From contig CAZUNO010000007.1 of the NCBI GenBank assembly GCA_964621445.1, positions 63,045 through 127,044 on the forward strand: a DNA stretch of 64,000 nt, given 5' to 3'. Position numbers and translations under genes: made by a program. This DNA comes from Candidatus Hadarchaeota archaeon. Lineage in GTDB: Archaea > CAYQAE01 > CAYVLA01. Positions 27,696 through 38,164 of the stretch are shown one piece after another (within the stretch, counting starts at the first letter, position 1; the number at the start of each line of letters is the position of its first letter). The notes under the pieces are model-generated. The model worked only from the letters and a program-made list of their open reading frames with translations, had not been told where the DNA came from and did no database searches.

Positions 27696-28256
27696 CTAGG
27701 CGTAGAGGACATGCAACAGTAGGGTCCTTATAGCGATAGCGATTAGTATTAATCCTCCTGCAAACTCGGCAAGTGCTTCCATCATCTTGCCCAGACTTTT
27801 CCCGATGTGAAGACCCAGGAAAGACAGCGAAAAGGTCACTAAACCTATGAGTACTATGGTCAGAGGAATTGAGATTTTCATAAAGGGGAAGGTGACACCG
27901 GCGGTTAGAGCATCTATGCTGGTGGCTATGGACAATAAAATTAGGGTCCCTGGACTTAGGGGATTGAATGCCAATATATCATTTCTCGTGGATTCTGCTA
28001 TCATCTTGCTGCCGATAAGTGAAAGCAATATGAAAGCTATCCAATGATCCAGTCCTTCGGTTATGTAGCCTAGGCCAATCCCACCGAGCCAACCTACAAT
28101 TGGCATAACTGCCTGAAAGCCCGCCAGGCTGGAGGCAATTAGCAGATTTTTGCCTGGACGGAGATGACCCGCGGAAATTCCACTGGCTATTGAAACCGCG
28201 AAGGCGTCCATTGCCAGGCCAAATGCGATAATGGTTGATGTTAGAGCACTCAACAA
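27696..28256 (-). CDS. mntP: Manganese efflux pump MntP family
   Basis: GLAMDAFAVSI, FQAVMP..GW, DHWIAF.LL..IG.KMI, IATSIDAL; highly hydrophobic. Confidence 0.88.
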   Translation of the reverse strand: MLSALTSTIIAFGLAMDAFAVSIASGISAGHLRPGKNLLIASSLAGFQAVMPIVGWLGGIGLGYITEGLDHWIAFILLSLIGSKMIAESTRNDILAFNPLSPGTLILLSIATSIDALTAGVTFPFMKISIPLTIVLIGLVTFSLSFLGLHIGKSLGKMMEALAEFAGGLILIAIAIRTLLLHVLYA

Positions 28257-28327
28257 TAAGGACCTTCAATAACGCCGATGAAAGTATTCCTGTTTATTGT
28301 ATCCTCAAGACAGGGAGGTTGGTGGAG

Positions 28328-31300
28328 TTATTCCGCGGCCTTCAGTCCTTCCTTTCCTGGCATTTGAGCCAATTCACCTTTCTGGAGCGGGAGCCTGACT
28401 TTGAATGTAGTGCCCTCCCCCACCTCACTGGTGACCTCGATACTGCCGCCGTGGGCCTCAACATGTTGCTTGCATACTGCCAGTCCGAAGCCCTGGCCAT
28501 CCTTTTTTGTGGTGAATAGAGGTTCAAATAACTTCTCCATCTCCTTTTCGGGGATGCCTTTCCCCGTGTCTTTCACCGAAATTGTCGCTTCATCACCATC
28601 CCTGGACAGGGTAATGGTGAGATTTCCGCCCTGGGGCATTGCCTGAATGGCATTGGTTATGAGGTTGTTTAAAACCCTCCTCATCGATTCCGGATCAAGA
28701 TTCACATGGGATAAAGGGTCTTGCGAAAGAAATTCCGGCTGGATGTTATCGGGGAACTCGGTCTCGGAAATCACTTCATTAACCAGCTTGCATAGGTCGG
28801 TTTTAACGGGCTCGATTTCAATGTCCTTGTTGAACTCCCTGATACCGGAGATCAGGGAATCCATATGCTCGACCTGTTCCTTGATCTTTTCCAGGTGTAC
28901 CATGGCCTCGTTCCCTAAACTCTGGGAATCTTCATCCTTCAGGGCCTTACGGGCAAGGAATATGGAGTTGGTCATCACCTGGAGTGGGCTTCTCAAGTCA
29001 TGAGCCACCATGCCAGCGGTTTGTCCGATGGCTGCCATTCTCTCCTTCTTTACCAGCTCTTCATGAGCTTCCTCCAGATCCCGGGTTCTCTCCTTGACTA
29101 GCTCCTCAAGGCGTTCCGAGTATTCCCTTAACTTCTCTTCTGCATGTTTTCGCTGGGTAATATCCCGGAATATGCCCCGTGTAGAGACCATTTCCCTCCC
29201 TTCCAGCTGTACATTGATGTTGCCCTCGACGATTATTTCCTTGCCGCTTTTTGACACGAACACGGTTTCCACATTGTCAATCGTTTCCCCGTTCCTGAGC
29301 CTTGCGAAAACCTCCATGCAATGTGGTATCTGGTCCTCTCGGAGGATATCAGTGAAGTTCATTTTCTTGGCCTCCTCCTCTGAATATCCGAGAGCCCTTT
29401 CCCATTTGCTATTTACGTAGATAAATTGGCTTTCCGAATTCACGGCTTGTATGAGGTCATTTGCGTTTTCGAAAAGATCTCTATACCTCTTCTCGCTTTC
29501 TCGGAGTTTTTCCTCCATTCTCTTTCTCTTTGTGATATCCTCAACTATCCCCCCGTATCTGATTATGCTACCTTGATCATCTCGTCTAATGACCGTCTTG
29601 TCCTCCACCCATTTGACCTGTCCTGATTTGGTCACTATTCTGTAAGGTGAATGAACGAAGTTCGATTCGCCCTTCTCGCTATGCTCCGTGACCTCGCTTT
29701 TAACCAGGGACCTATCATCTTGGTGGACCACTTCGGAATAGGGCACCCTGCCGCTGGTAATTTCCCCCGCCGTGTAGCCAAGTAGGTCCTTTACATTACT
29801 GGAAACGTATTCCACTGGCCATCCCTCCTGGTTGCGCCAGATAAAGGCCACGGCTGGGCTTCGATTTATGATGTCATGGGCCCTTTGCAGATGTTTTTCG
29901 AATTCTTTTCTCTTTGTTATGTCTCGTGCTATAGCTGAGGCGCCAACTATCTCTCCCGCTTGTTCTATGGGTGAGACGGTAAGGTTGATGTCGATTTCCT
30001 CTCCATTCTTCCTGATTCTCTTGGTTTCGAGATTGCCAACCTTATTTCCGCTTCTAATCTCCCCGAATATCTCTTGAAGCTCGTTTTCACGTTCCTTGGG
30101 GACTATTATGGAGATGTTTTTCCCGATAGTCTCTTCCTGGCTGTAGCCAAATACCTTCTCAGCTCCCCTATTCCAGTCCGTTATGGTTCCATCCAAAGTT
30201 TTTCCTATTATAGCGTCCTCCGATGACTCCACTATGGCGGCCAGTCTGGAGACCTTCTTGAGCATTTCCTTTCTCTCTGAAATATCCCGGCAGCTCCCAT
30301 ATACAAGTCCGTTTGGCAGGACCGTGGCGTTTAGCGTGGTTGGGACGGTTGAACCGTCCTTTCTGACCAGTTTGACTTCGGTGAACAGATCTTCTCCGTT
30401 TAGGAGAGCCTGGAAATTCTCCACGTTTTTCTCGATTTCCCCTCGAACTGAGATATCGGCAATGTTCATCTTTGTTAATTCATCAACCGAGTATCCTAAC
30501 AGGTCACATGCCGCCTGGTTGACATATTGGTAGTTTCCCTCCTTGTCGGTGATGAATATGGCGTCTGGTGAGTTCTCCATTATGGTCCTTAGCTTCCGTT
30601 CGCTTTCCTTGATCCTATCCTGTGCCTTCTTTTGCTCAGTTATATCCTGGAGGACACCGTCGTAATATCCCTTTCCTTCCTGGCTCACTCGCACAACTGT
30701 GACCGATCCCCAGAATTCCCTTCCCTTTAGGGTTCTCAACCTAAGTTCCTGGTTCCTGGCGATCCCTCCATTTTGTAATTTTTCCCTCAACCTATCGCGT
30801 CTATCAGGTTCGGCATAAAGATCGCGGATGCTAACCGAAAGAAGATCTTCCTTCGAGTCAGCTTCGAAGATGTCAACCATGGCCGAATTGACTTCGGTGA
30901 AGTGGCCGTTCCTGTCTGGGGTGCTGCGATAAACCCCGGCTTGGAGATTGTCCACGAGGTCCAAATATCGTTGCTGGGTCTCAGCAAGCTCCAGAGCCAT
31001 CGATATGTGCCTCGCCAGGTTCCTTACAGGGGGAATGAAATAATCTGCCATCTCCGTCGATGATACGGAAAGTACTCCAATGGTCTCCTTTCCAGATTTT
31101 AGGGGTGTGAGTATGGAAGTCTTGCTTGGAACCGCCCTGGATACCACTCTAACTACGGGTCCAGGAATGTCGAGGGCTCTCATGAAGGCCTCGGTAGAAG
31201 TGGTCATCGTCTTCCCGCTGGAGATTACCTCCTGAAGAGGAGTTGAATGCAGGTCGAAATCTACCGCGGCAATCGTTAGCCCAGTGACCCTCTCGGCAAA

Positions 31301-31519
31301 TCGTAGTATTCCCGGCCTGAGTGATGTGGTCTCCACGTAAGCCCCCGAGCGGTCCGGGTTGAGGAGAAAGATGGTGGAACTAAGGTCGTCGACCTTGGAG
31401 AATTCCTCGGTCACTTTCTCCAAAATTCGCTTTCTTGAGTCGAGTCCGTGGATTTTGGTAGCGATTCTTTCCACTGTTTCAATGGATTTCATTAGGTTTG
31501 AGAAGGCATTTTCGCCCAA
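28328..31519 (-). CDS. Soluble multi-sensor histidine kinase (GAF-like + 5 PAS/PAC + HisKA + HATPase_c)
   Basis: Five PAS/PAC units ending DI(T/S).(R/Q)K; H-box VAHDLRSPL; N-box NLITNAIQA; DTGKGI; LFEPLFTTK..GQGFGL; exact start uncertain. Confidence 0.92.
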   Translation of the reverse strand: MGENAFSNLMKSIETVERIATKIHGLDSRKRILEKVTEEFSKVDDLSSTIFLLNPDRSGAYVETTSLRPGILRFAERVTGLTIAAVDFDLHSTPLQEVISSGKTMTTSTEAFMRALDIPGPVVRVVSRAVPSKTSILTPLKSGKETIGVLSVSSTEMADYFIPPVRNLARHISMALELAETQQRYLDLVDNLQAGVYRSTPDRNGHFTEVNSAMVDIFEADSKEDLLSVSIRDLYAEPDRRDRLREKLQNGGIARNQELRLRTLKGREFWGSVTVVRVSQEGKGYYDGVLQDITEQKKAQDRIKESERKLRTIMENSPDAIFITDKEGNYQYVNQAACDLLGYSVDELTKMNIADISVRGEIEKNVENFQALLNGEDLFTEVKLVRKDGSTVPTTLNATVLPNGLVYGSCRDISERKEMLKKVSRLAAIVESSEDAIIGKTLDGTITDWNRGAEKVFGYSQEETIGKNISIIVPKERENELQEIFGEIRSGNKVGNLETKRIRKNGEEIDINLTVSPIEQAGEIVGASAIARDITKRKEFEKHLQRAHDIINRSPAVAFIWRNQEGWPVEYVSSNVKDLLGYTAGEITSGRVPYSEVVHQDDRSLVKSEVTEHSEKGESNFVHSPYRIVTKSGQVKWVEDKTVIRRDDQGSIIRYGGIVEDITKRKRMEEKLRESEKRYRDLFENANDLIQAVNSESQFIYVNSKWERALGYSEEEAKKMNFTDILREDQIPHCMEVFARLRNGETIDNVETVFVSKSGKEIIVEGNINVQLEGREMVSTRGIFRDITQRKHAEEKLREYSERLEELVKERTRDLEEAHEELVKKERMAAIGQTAGMVAHDLRSPLQVMTNSIFLARKALKDEDSQSLGNEAMVHLEKIKEQVEHMDSLISGIREFNKDIEIEPVKTDLCKLVNEVISETEFPDNIQPEFLSQDPLSHVNLDPESMRRVLNNLITNAIQAMPQGGNLTITLSRDGDEATISVKDTGKGIPEKEMEKLFEPLFTTKKDGQGFGLAVCKQHVEAHGGSIEVTSEVGEGTTFKVRLPLQKGELAQMPGKEGLKAAE

Positions 31520-31669
31520 GTTGGATCTCCCGGGTTCAGAGTCTCTATCTCTTGTTCCTGGATAGATCTCTCTTTGCTCGATATTAATAGAATACGTAAA
31601 GCCACAGATAATCGGTCATTTTCGCAATTATAATCCTTTATTACTGTGATTATTTTTCTCATCGAAGAG

Positions 31670-32704
31670 TTAGAGCCATTTATCCAAGAAATTGAAGGCC
31701 TCCTTCCCGTGGAAGGAGTGCTCGCCTTCGAAAACCTCCAATCCGATCCTGTCTGGACAACCAAATACATCGTATATCTTACGGGCTTTTGCCACGGCTT
31801 CTTCAGTGGCTTGGTGAGGGAAGATGGTATCCTCATCACCGCTCTCCACAAATATCGGTCTGGGAGCGATGGGACCAGCCAGATCGTACATCTCGGCATA
31901 CTCCAGTATTCCTGGGATGTAGTTGTCCATACAATGGGAAACGCTCATTATACTGTCCCTGAATGTATTGAAGTAGCCGCTAATGACGGAAACCGCAACC
32001 CTCTCATCAACTGCTGATAGATAGAAGGCGGTAGTGCCTCCCCCGGATATGCCCATGTCGGCTATTCTGCCGGAATCTACTTCCTCCCGGCTCTCCAGGT
32101 AGTCCAGGGCCCTTATCGCGTCATAGACCCTCCATCCGATCATTGTTTCGCCCAGCAGCAACGCGGCTCCCGAGGCGGGTTGACAGGATGAACTTCCAGG
32201 TCCTGATTGCCGGGCTCTTTCGTCCCTTCTGTGACCAAATCCGAATTGTTCGATGGCAAAGGTAGCATACCCCGCGTTGACGCATTGAAGTGCAAAGTCA
32301 TTCTGATAGCCACCATAATCATCCCTCATCGAGCCATCCTCCTCGATGCCCACGATGTCATCAACCCCCCTGCCGTGACCGGGAAGACACAGTACTCCTG
32401 GGAGCGGATCCTTTGAGCTGGGTTTTGGGAAAAGAAAATAACCGTAGACCGTCATCTCCTCTCTGCTGTCGAAGAGAACTGTCTCCCTGGTGTATTCATC
32501 GAATTCGACCTTATGGATAGTGGAGGATTTCAGGGAGCATTTTGTTTCCGGGAAACCACCCATGAGCTGTACCAATATTTTCCTGAGATTTCTTTGCCAT
32601 ATCTCGGCCTCCTCCTTAGTTTCTGCCTCGAATTGCATGGAGGGGCTGTTCCTGTCGTATGCTCTCATGGTATAATTCAATGTGTCCAGGTACGGTTCGT
32701 CCAT
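31670..32704 (-). CDS. Alpha/beta hydrolase (dienelactone hydrolase / carbohydrate esterase-like)
   Basis: VLCLPGHG, nucleophile elbow GISGGG, APRP, D.IFP, C-terminal GEHSF. Confidence 0.8.
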   Translation of the reverse strand: MDEPYLDTLNYTMRAYDRNSPSMQFEAETKEEAEIWQRNLRKILVQLMGGFPETKCSLKSSTIHKVEFDEYTRETVLFDSREEMTVYGYFLFPKPSSKDPLPGVLCLPGHGRGVDDIVGIEEDGSMRDDYGGYQNDFALQCVNAGYATFAIEQFGFGHRRDERARQSGPGSSSCQPASGAALLLGETMIGWRVYDAIRALDYLESREEVDSGRIADMGISGGGTTAFYLSAVDERVAVSVISGYFNTFRDSIMSVSHCMDNYIPGILEYAEMYDLAGPIAPRPIFVESGDEDTIFPHQATEEAVAKARKIYDVFGCPDRIGLEVFEGEHSFHGKEAFNFLDKWL

Positions 32705-32722
32705 AGCCGAGCCTCTTCTGGA

Positions 32723-32992
32723 TCATGTTGATAATTGTATCAGGTAAATAATAATGGAAAGAATGGAGATGATGAGCAGAATCGGTGAGGTGACGAAGGT
32801 AAATCCATTTCCCTCATATACATACAAAATAATGCTAGGTAATCTAAGGTCCTTCGAGAGCATAGATCCCAGGAGGGGAAGTACCATCAGGGAAATCCCT
32901 ATCAACGTCAAAACCAGGCCAAGAAAGAATACCTGCCACATCTCATCTAGCACTTCGGAAGGCCCTCCCCAAATTTGCTTTGGTACCTCCAA
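32723..32992 (-). CDS. Small membrane protein (DUF2905-like)
   Basis: Two hydrophobic helices around an RLPS....NGFTFVTSPILLII segment; start is TTG 32992 or ATG 32941. Confidence 0.55.
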   Translation of the reverse strand: MEVPKQIWGGPSEVLDEMWQVFFLGLVLTLIGISLMVLPLLGSMLSKDLRLPSIILYVYEGNGFTFVTSPILLIISILSIIIYLIQLST

Positions 32993-34588
32993 TTAATCGA
33001 TAATTTCCAGAACCAGAACCCAATCCTGGTATATTGGTGGGTCAGGAGCTTCCCAACTCCCGTCTTCGTGAGGTTGAACCGAGCCTAGAGGGCTTGGTTT
33101 TCCCGTTTTGGGATTTATGTAGGTCGCCGAGTAATCCCCTTCTGGATCCAGCGATTTCACCTTAAACTTCCTGTGGGATGGCGAATATATCATCCTCACC
33201 TTGCCCGGTATTCCCGCGCAGTAGGGCTGAAAATAATCATCCTCGCTCCAGTGAGGCTCGACCCATTCCGGATGAGACTCGAAGTTCCACCACTGGTATC
33301 TCTCCAGGATCCTTTTTCCCATGGCAACATGTCTCGAACCGGGAAGAAGATACGCCTCCTGCCAGGGGGTTACACCCCAATTACCTCCATGGGGCGAGGG
33401 ACCGAAAGGACGATCCGGTTCGTTTAGCTGCCAGATACCGTTTGCCCCGTAGGTGTGTCCTGCTGCCCCTGAGAGCATGGCCGACCAGAAAAGGAACCTC
33501 TGCATTTCTGATCTACAGGCCTCCAGTATGCCTTCATAGCAGACCTCTCCCACCAGGACTGGCATTTTTGGGGACATTGAAAGGGATTTAGTGGTGCTTT
33601 GAACATGCTTAGGGGCGCACCCGCGATCCCCATGCCCGGTCTGGAGCATATCGAAATCAAGTAGTTCGGGCTCCAGGATCTGGTCCCTCCCGATGTTGGT
33701 TGGGTGGATGGTCACCGGCCTGTTGTAAGGGTCGATTTCCTGGACGTAACGCGCCAATTCCGTCCACCCCTCCTTCAATGCGACGGAGTCTGCCTCCTTG
33801 TCAGAGGAAAGGTAGTATGGCATGCTCGCCTCTCCCGCTAGACACCAGGTCACCGGGTAGGAGCCCCATCGGGCAATCAAATTTCGCCAGTGAAGCTTCA
33901 TCCGTTCTATCCCCATCCAGTTCAGGAAGTATCCCCAACACCCCACGATGCAGGGGGCCAGGCCTGATGAGGTAAGCCATTGAATCCTAAGGTCGGCCAT
34001 GTCGAAGTAAGCGGGATTTATTCTGGAGTAATCATCCTCCCAAGGGAAACCGGCCTCATTCGCTCCACGCTCGTCGAAGGCAGGCATGTCCGGATAGAGA
34101 CCGGCGACGATCTGGATGACGGTATATCCGTGCTTGATTCTGTCCTTGCCGAGGAGTTGGAATTCGGCTGGCCAGGAGAGCCTCTTGCACAGGCCCATCC
34201 ACCACGTGTCGGCAAGCCAGAAGAATGGGGATCCATCAGCATGCTTGAAATGTCGCCTGTCCGGTGAGACCCTGAGGGGTCCATGCTTGAGCAGTTCATT
34301 TGACCCCCTGTATTCCGTGGCTTCGATCAATCCACTGATATCATGGAGATCCGAGTCCTCATGATTACTAATGGTATGGTATTTGTAAGTTCCTGGATCC
34401 GGGGGCGAAAAACGCACACGCCACTCATTTTCCCCTGCCCAGTAGCAAGGAATTATCCATTCCTTTCCATGTTCGTCACAAATATGAACGTCGAGCATTA
34501 TCTGATTGAAGGGGTCATCGTAGTCGATTCCCGATGAAAATGACCACTCGGTAGTTACATTCTGGATTGCGCGTATCTCCTGGGGCAT
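32993..34588 (-). CDS. DUF5060/DUF4038 putative glycoside hydrolase (apiosidase/GH140-like)
   Basis: N-terminal Y.DPFN...W.VRFSP...G.Y.Y; DGSPFFWLADTWW, INPAYFD..D.RI, WCLAGE, DFDMLQTGHG, GEVCYEG, GHTYGANGIW; C-terminal DWVLVL. Confidence 0.8.
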   Translation of the reverse strand: MPQEIRAIQNVTTEWSFSSGIDYDDPFNQIMLDVHICDEHGKEWIIPCYWAGENEWRVRFSPPDPGTYKYHTISNHEDSDLHDISGLIEATEYRGSNELLKHGPLRVSPDRRHFKHADGSPFFWLADTWWMGLCKRLSWPAEFQLLGKDRIKHGYTVIQIVAGLYPDMPAFDERGANEAGFPWEDDYSRINPAYFDMADLRIQWLTSSGLAPCIVGCWGYFLNWMGIERMKLHWRNLIARWGSYPVTWCLAGEASMPYYLSSDKEADSVALKEGWTELARYVQEIDPYNRPVTIHPTNIGRDQILEPELLDFDMLQTGHGDRGCAPKHVQSTTKSLSMSPKMPVLVGEVCYEGILEACRSEMQRFLFWSAMLSGAAGHTYGANGIWQLNEPDRPFGPSPHGGNWGVTPWQEAYLLPGSRHVAMGKRILERYQWWNFESHPEWVEPHWSEDDYFQPYCAGIPGKVRMIYSPSHRKFKVKSLDPEGDYSATYINPKTGKPSPLGSVQPHEDGSWEAPDPPIYQDWVLVLEIID

Positions 34589-34707
34589 TGGTACACCGGA
34601 TAGATGATTCTGGGATGAAAGAAAAAGATTACTGGCTGATCGATAGCGGTCGTCCCCTCAAAAGATATTTAGCTACGATATCAAGTTTTTAACGGGAAGG
34701 ATAGATC

Positions 34708-36081
34708 ATGGCCGGAAAGGAGTTCGACCTGGAACCGAGAGAGACTGACAGGATAGAAACCGAGAACAGAAAGATCGTTACCAAGTTCCCGGTGCCCGAT
34801 TCGCTCCCAATTCTTGAGAGATTGAGGGAGTATGAACCAAAGTCCATGCGCGGGCAGCCACCAGTGGTATGGGACAGAGCCGAGGGATATAGAGTACATG
34901 ATGCCTATGGCAACACCTGGATCGATTGGAGTTCAGGCGTGCTGGTCACCAGCGCCGGTCATGCCAGAGATCATATCGTGAATAGCATAGTGGATCAAAC
35001 GAAGGGCAGACTATTGCATAACTACTGCTTCCCGAGCGAGGTAAGGTCCAAACTGGTGGAGAAACTGGTCTCCGTAGCTCCGGAGAAGATTGACAAGGCC
35101 TTTCTTCTCACCACCGGCTCCGAGACCACGGAGAACGCGGTGAAGCTGGGGCGTACTTATGGACAGGAGATTGATCCTTCCAAGAAGATTATCGTGACCT
35201 TTGAAAGGGCGTTTCATGGAAGAACTCTCGGTGCTCAGCTGGCCGGAGGTATCCCCGACCTCAAGGGCTGGATCAGGGACGTTGAGGCTGGTTTCGTACA
35301 GGTCCCCTTCCCGGATGGTTTCAGATGCGAGGACACGGATTTTGGACTTTTCGAGAAGAGTATTGAGGAAAAGGGCGTCAGCCCCTCAGAGGTCGCCATG
35401 GTGATGACCGAGACATATCAGGGTGGGGGTGCGAGCTTTGCACCGCCTGAGTATATGATGGAGCTTCGTAAGTGGTGTGATGATAATCAGGTTCTTCTCA
35501 CCTTTGATGAGGTTCAGGCGGGATTCGGTAGGACCGGGAAATTCTGGGGATTTGAGCACTATGGGGTTGAACCCGATCTTATTTGCTGCGGTAAAGGGAT
35601 AACCAGCTCCCTGCCCCTATCATGCGTGCTGGGTCGCTCGGAGATAATGGATCAATATGACCCAGGAACCATGACCAGCACCCACACCGGAAATCCTGTA
35701 TGCTGTGCTGCGGCCCTGGCAAATATTGAGCTGGTGATTGGAGAAGATCTAGCCCGAAAAACCAGGGAAACCGGGGAAATTCTTCATTCCCATCTAAGGG
35801 AAATACACCAGAGGTATCCTGATGTGATAGGTGCGGTCCATGGGAAGGGACTGGTTGCAGGGGTCCATATGGTGGAGCCGGGATCCAAGGATCCGGACGG
35901 GGATCTGGCGTTCCGAATAGTTGAGAACTGTGTCAGGAACGGCCTTCTCATGTTCAGCCCCGTCGGTTTTGGAGGGGCTACGGTGAAGATCTCGCCTCCC
36001 CTGATAATACCGGAGGATGCGGTTGAGGAAGGGGCCCAAGTGCTGGACGAGTCCATAGAAAGCTCCATATCTGAGCAGTAA
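34708..36081 (+). CDS. Class III PLP-dependent aminotransferase (GABA/ornithine/omega-amine type)
   Basis: TTGSE..ENA.K, AFHGRT, FDEVQAGFGRTG, CGKG (PLP Lys), STH.GNP. Confidence 0.92.
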   Translation: MAGKEFDLEPRETDRIETENRKIVTKFPVPDSLPILERLREYEPKSMRGQPPVVWDRAEGYRVHDAYGNTWIDWSSGVLVTSAGHARDHIVNSIVDQTKGRLLHNYCFPSEVRSKLVEKLVSVAPEKIDKAFLLTTGSETTENAVKLGRTYGQEIDPSKKIIVTFERAFHGRTLGAQLAGGIPDLKGWIRDVEAGFVQVPFPDGFRCEDTDFGLFEKSIEEKGVSPSEVAMVMTETYQGGGASFAPPEYMMELRKWCDDNQVLLTFDEVQAGFGRTGKFWGFEHYGVEPDLICCGKGITSSLPLSCVLGRSEIMDQYDPGTMTSTHTGNPVCCAAALANIELVIGEDLARKTRETGEILHSHLREIHQRYPDVIGAVHGKGLVAGVHMVEPGSKDPDGDLAFRIVENCVRNGLLMFSPVGFGGATVKISPPLIIPEDAVEEGAQVLDESIESSISEQ

Positions 36082-36130
36082 AATTTTCTCAGTCGGAGTA
36101 TTTTTATTACTCTACAGACACCTGAAGCAT

Positions 36131-37336
36131 ATGAAGGACAAGTTAAACGTACTCCTTGTTGGTGGAGGGATGATCTCGGAAGAGGTAATCCTGCCCACCA
36201 TATTCCAGGAAAGGCGTAAAGGCAAGATAGACTCGGTTTACGTGGCCAGCCGAAGACCGGCCACTATAAGCCATCTTAACGAGATATTTGAGGACGAGGA
36301 ATTCACCGGTTTTCCCGACCCGGAGGGAAAGGATCCCCAATCCTCGTACCCGGAGTGCTATAAGGACGCCATGGGCAAACTTGATGGCCCTGGGGTGGTT
36401 GTGGTAGCCACCCCGGACCACCTCCATACTAAGATCGTAATCGATGCCCTTGATTACGGGTTCGATTGTATAGTGGAGAAACCCCTATGTCTCAAAACGG
36501 ACGAGGCAAGGCGGATAAGGGAAAAGGCGAATCAAAATTCGGCCTATGTGTACACCGATTTTCACAAAAGACACGATAAGGCGATAAGGGCGGCAAAACA
36601 CAGGTACATCCACGGTGGCTTGGGCCAGATGCTCCACGGCCATGCCTGGATCGAGGAAAAGAGGGAGATGTCCCTTGAGGTGTTCAAGCGATGGTGTGAA
36701 AAGAGCTCTCCCTTTGAATACATCGGGGTCCACTACGTGGATGCATACCACTTCATCACGGGGCTTAAACCGGCACGTGTGGTGGGATTCGGCCAGAAGA
36801 AGTTTCTTCCCGACCAAGGGAAGGATGCTTTCGATGCGGTGCAGGCGACCATAGAGTGGGAGGACGTGTCGGTTTTATTCGTTCAAACTTCATGGGTGCT
36901 GCCCGAGGGAAATCCGAACCTAACCAACCAGGGGCTACAACTGACCGGAACCGAGGGAACATACACCGCTAACCATGCAGATAGGAACTGTAATTTCGTA
37001 ACTACCGAGGGAGGGACGGAGACCTATAATCCCTTCTTCTTCAAGCCATTCCCGGATTGGGATCAACCCATGAAGAACGAGTGGGCGGGATATGGAGCGG
37101 ATTCCCTCATCCAACCCATAGACGATCTGATAGATATCCATGCCCAGACGAAGAATCTGGAAGGAGAAGATGCCAAGAAGGTAAGGACTCGGATGGTACA
37201 GGAGTTCAAAAAGACCAGACCTCTTCCCGAACAGGCATTGGTGGGCACAGCCGTCAACGAAGCAGTCAGGTTGAGTCTGGACAATGGCTCCAGTGCGGTG
37301 GTTTTTGATGAAGAGCTGGTACCTAGACTAGAGTAG
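36131..37336 (+). CDS. Gfo/Idh/MocA family NAD(P)-dependent oxidoreductase
   Basis: VGGGMI Rossmann start, VATPDHLH, VEKPLC, HKRHD, GVHYVD. Confidence 0.88.
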   Translation: MKDKLNVLLVGGGMISEEVILPTIFQERRKGKIDSVYVASRRPATISHLNEIFEDEEFTGFPDPEGKDPQSSYPECYKDAMGKLDGPGVVVVATPDHLHTKIVIDALDYGFDCIVEKPLCLKTDEARRIREKANQNSAYVYTDFHKRHDKAIRAAKHRYIHGGLGQMLHGHAWIEEKREMSLEVFKRWCEKSSPFEYIGVHYVDAYHFITGLKPARVVGFGQKKFLPDQGKDAFDAVQATIEWEDVSVLFVQTSWVLPEGNPNLTNQGLQLTGTEGTYTANHADRNCNFVTTEGGTETYNPFFFKPFPDWDQPMKNEWAGYGADSLIQPIDDLIDIHAQTKNLEGEDAKKVRTRMVQEFKKTRPLPEQALVGTAVNEAVRLSLDNGSSAVVFDEELVPRLE

Positions 37337-37355
37337 ACGGTAGGTATGACCGGCC

Positions 37356-37841
37356 ATGGTTTCCAGGAATAAGATAAGGGTTTACCTCACCTGGTTTCTG
37401 GTTGCCTTGGCCATATTTGCCCTGATTAACCTGATGATTCTCAGCTTGGAATGGAGACCAGTATACCAATACAGGGAATTTTACCGGGAATCCCCCGCGC
37501 CGGAGAAGAGGTATATCGGAATTATCCGGAGAAATCCCATAGGTAAGGAATGGGTTAAGGTATTTATAGGGAATGACTCGGTACGCCTGGTGGACAAGGA
37601 TGTGGAGCCGCCACCTGGATTCAGAGTTGTGAAGAGGGAATATTCATACCGCTTGGTGAGCGATAATCTCTCGGGAGGAGAGATTGACATTTACGGGGCG
37701 GGTGCTGATGTACGCCAGCTAAGATTACTATCCGGTACCAGGGTGGAGGTCATTGGAAAGGTTGTTTGGTATGAGGTAGAGGGAAGGAAGCTAAAGCGGG
37801 AGCTGTGGCCGAAGAGAGTACGAATGATTGGAGGAGATTGA
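37356..37841 (+). CDS. Hypothetical protein with N-terminal membrane anchor
   Basis: ORF 19 nt after the previous stop; hydrophobic residues ~9-31 followed by a beta-rich soluble domain. Confidence 0.65.
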   Translation: MVSRNKIRVYLTWFLVALAIFALINLMILSLEWRPVYQYREFYRESPAPEKRYIGIIRRNPIGKEWVKVFIGNDSVRLVDKDVEPPPGFRVVKREYSYRLVSDNLSGGEIDIYGAGADVRQLRLLSGTRVEVIGKVVWYEVEGRKLKRELWPKRVRMIGGD

Positions 37842-37854
37842 GAACCCGCAGGAT

Positions 37855-38034
37855 TCAGTACTTTAGCATTATGGAGATCTTGTGTTTGTCCCAGTAGTTC
37901 CTGTGCTTCATGAACATGTGGTGATTCAGGTCTTCGCGTTTGAACATTCTCTTGCATTTTGGACAGCGAACCTGATAGTCCTGCTTCTTACGGCGCAATA
38001 GACTGTAGACTACCTCATCTTCGTCGACGGACAC
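37855..38034 (-). CDS. 59-aa C2H2-type zinc-finger microprotein
   Basis: Manual translation (below ORF-track cutoff), GTG start: MSVDEDEVVYSLLRRKKQDYQVRCPKCKRMFKREDLNHHMFMKHRNYWDKHKISIMLKY*; AT-rich promoter-like region directly upstream. Confidence 0.7.
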   Translation of the reverse strand: MSVDEDEVVYSLLRRKKQDYQVRCPKCKRMFKREDLNHHMFMKHRNYWDKHKISIMLKY

Positions 38035-38164
38035 GCATATCTCTATATTGTTATGGAAATATAGTAATTTTGTAGTATATAGGTGTTTATTGTAACGTTA
38101 GGGTTTATTTTAAACCATTTGCACTTATTTTAGGGCCAGGCTGCCTCGACCGCAGTGTCAATGA

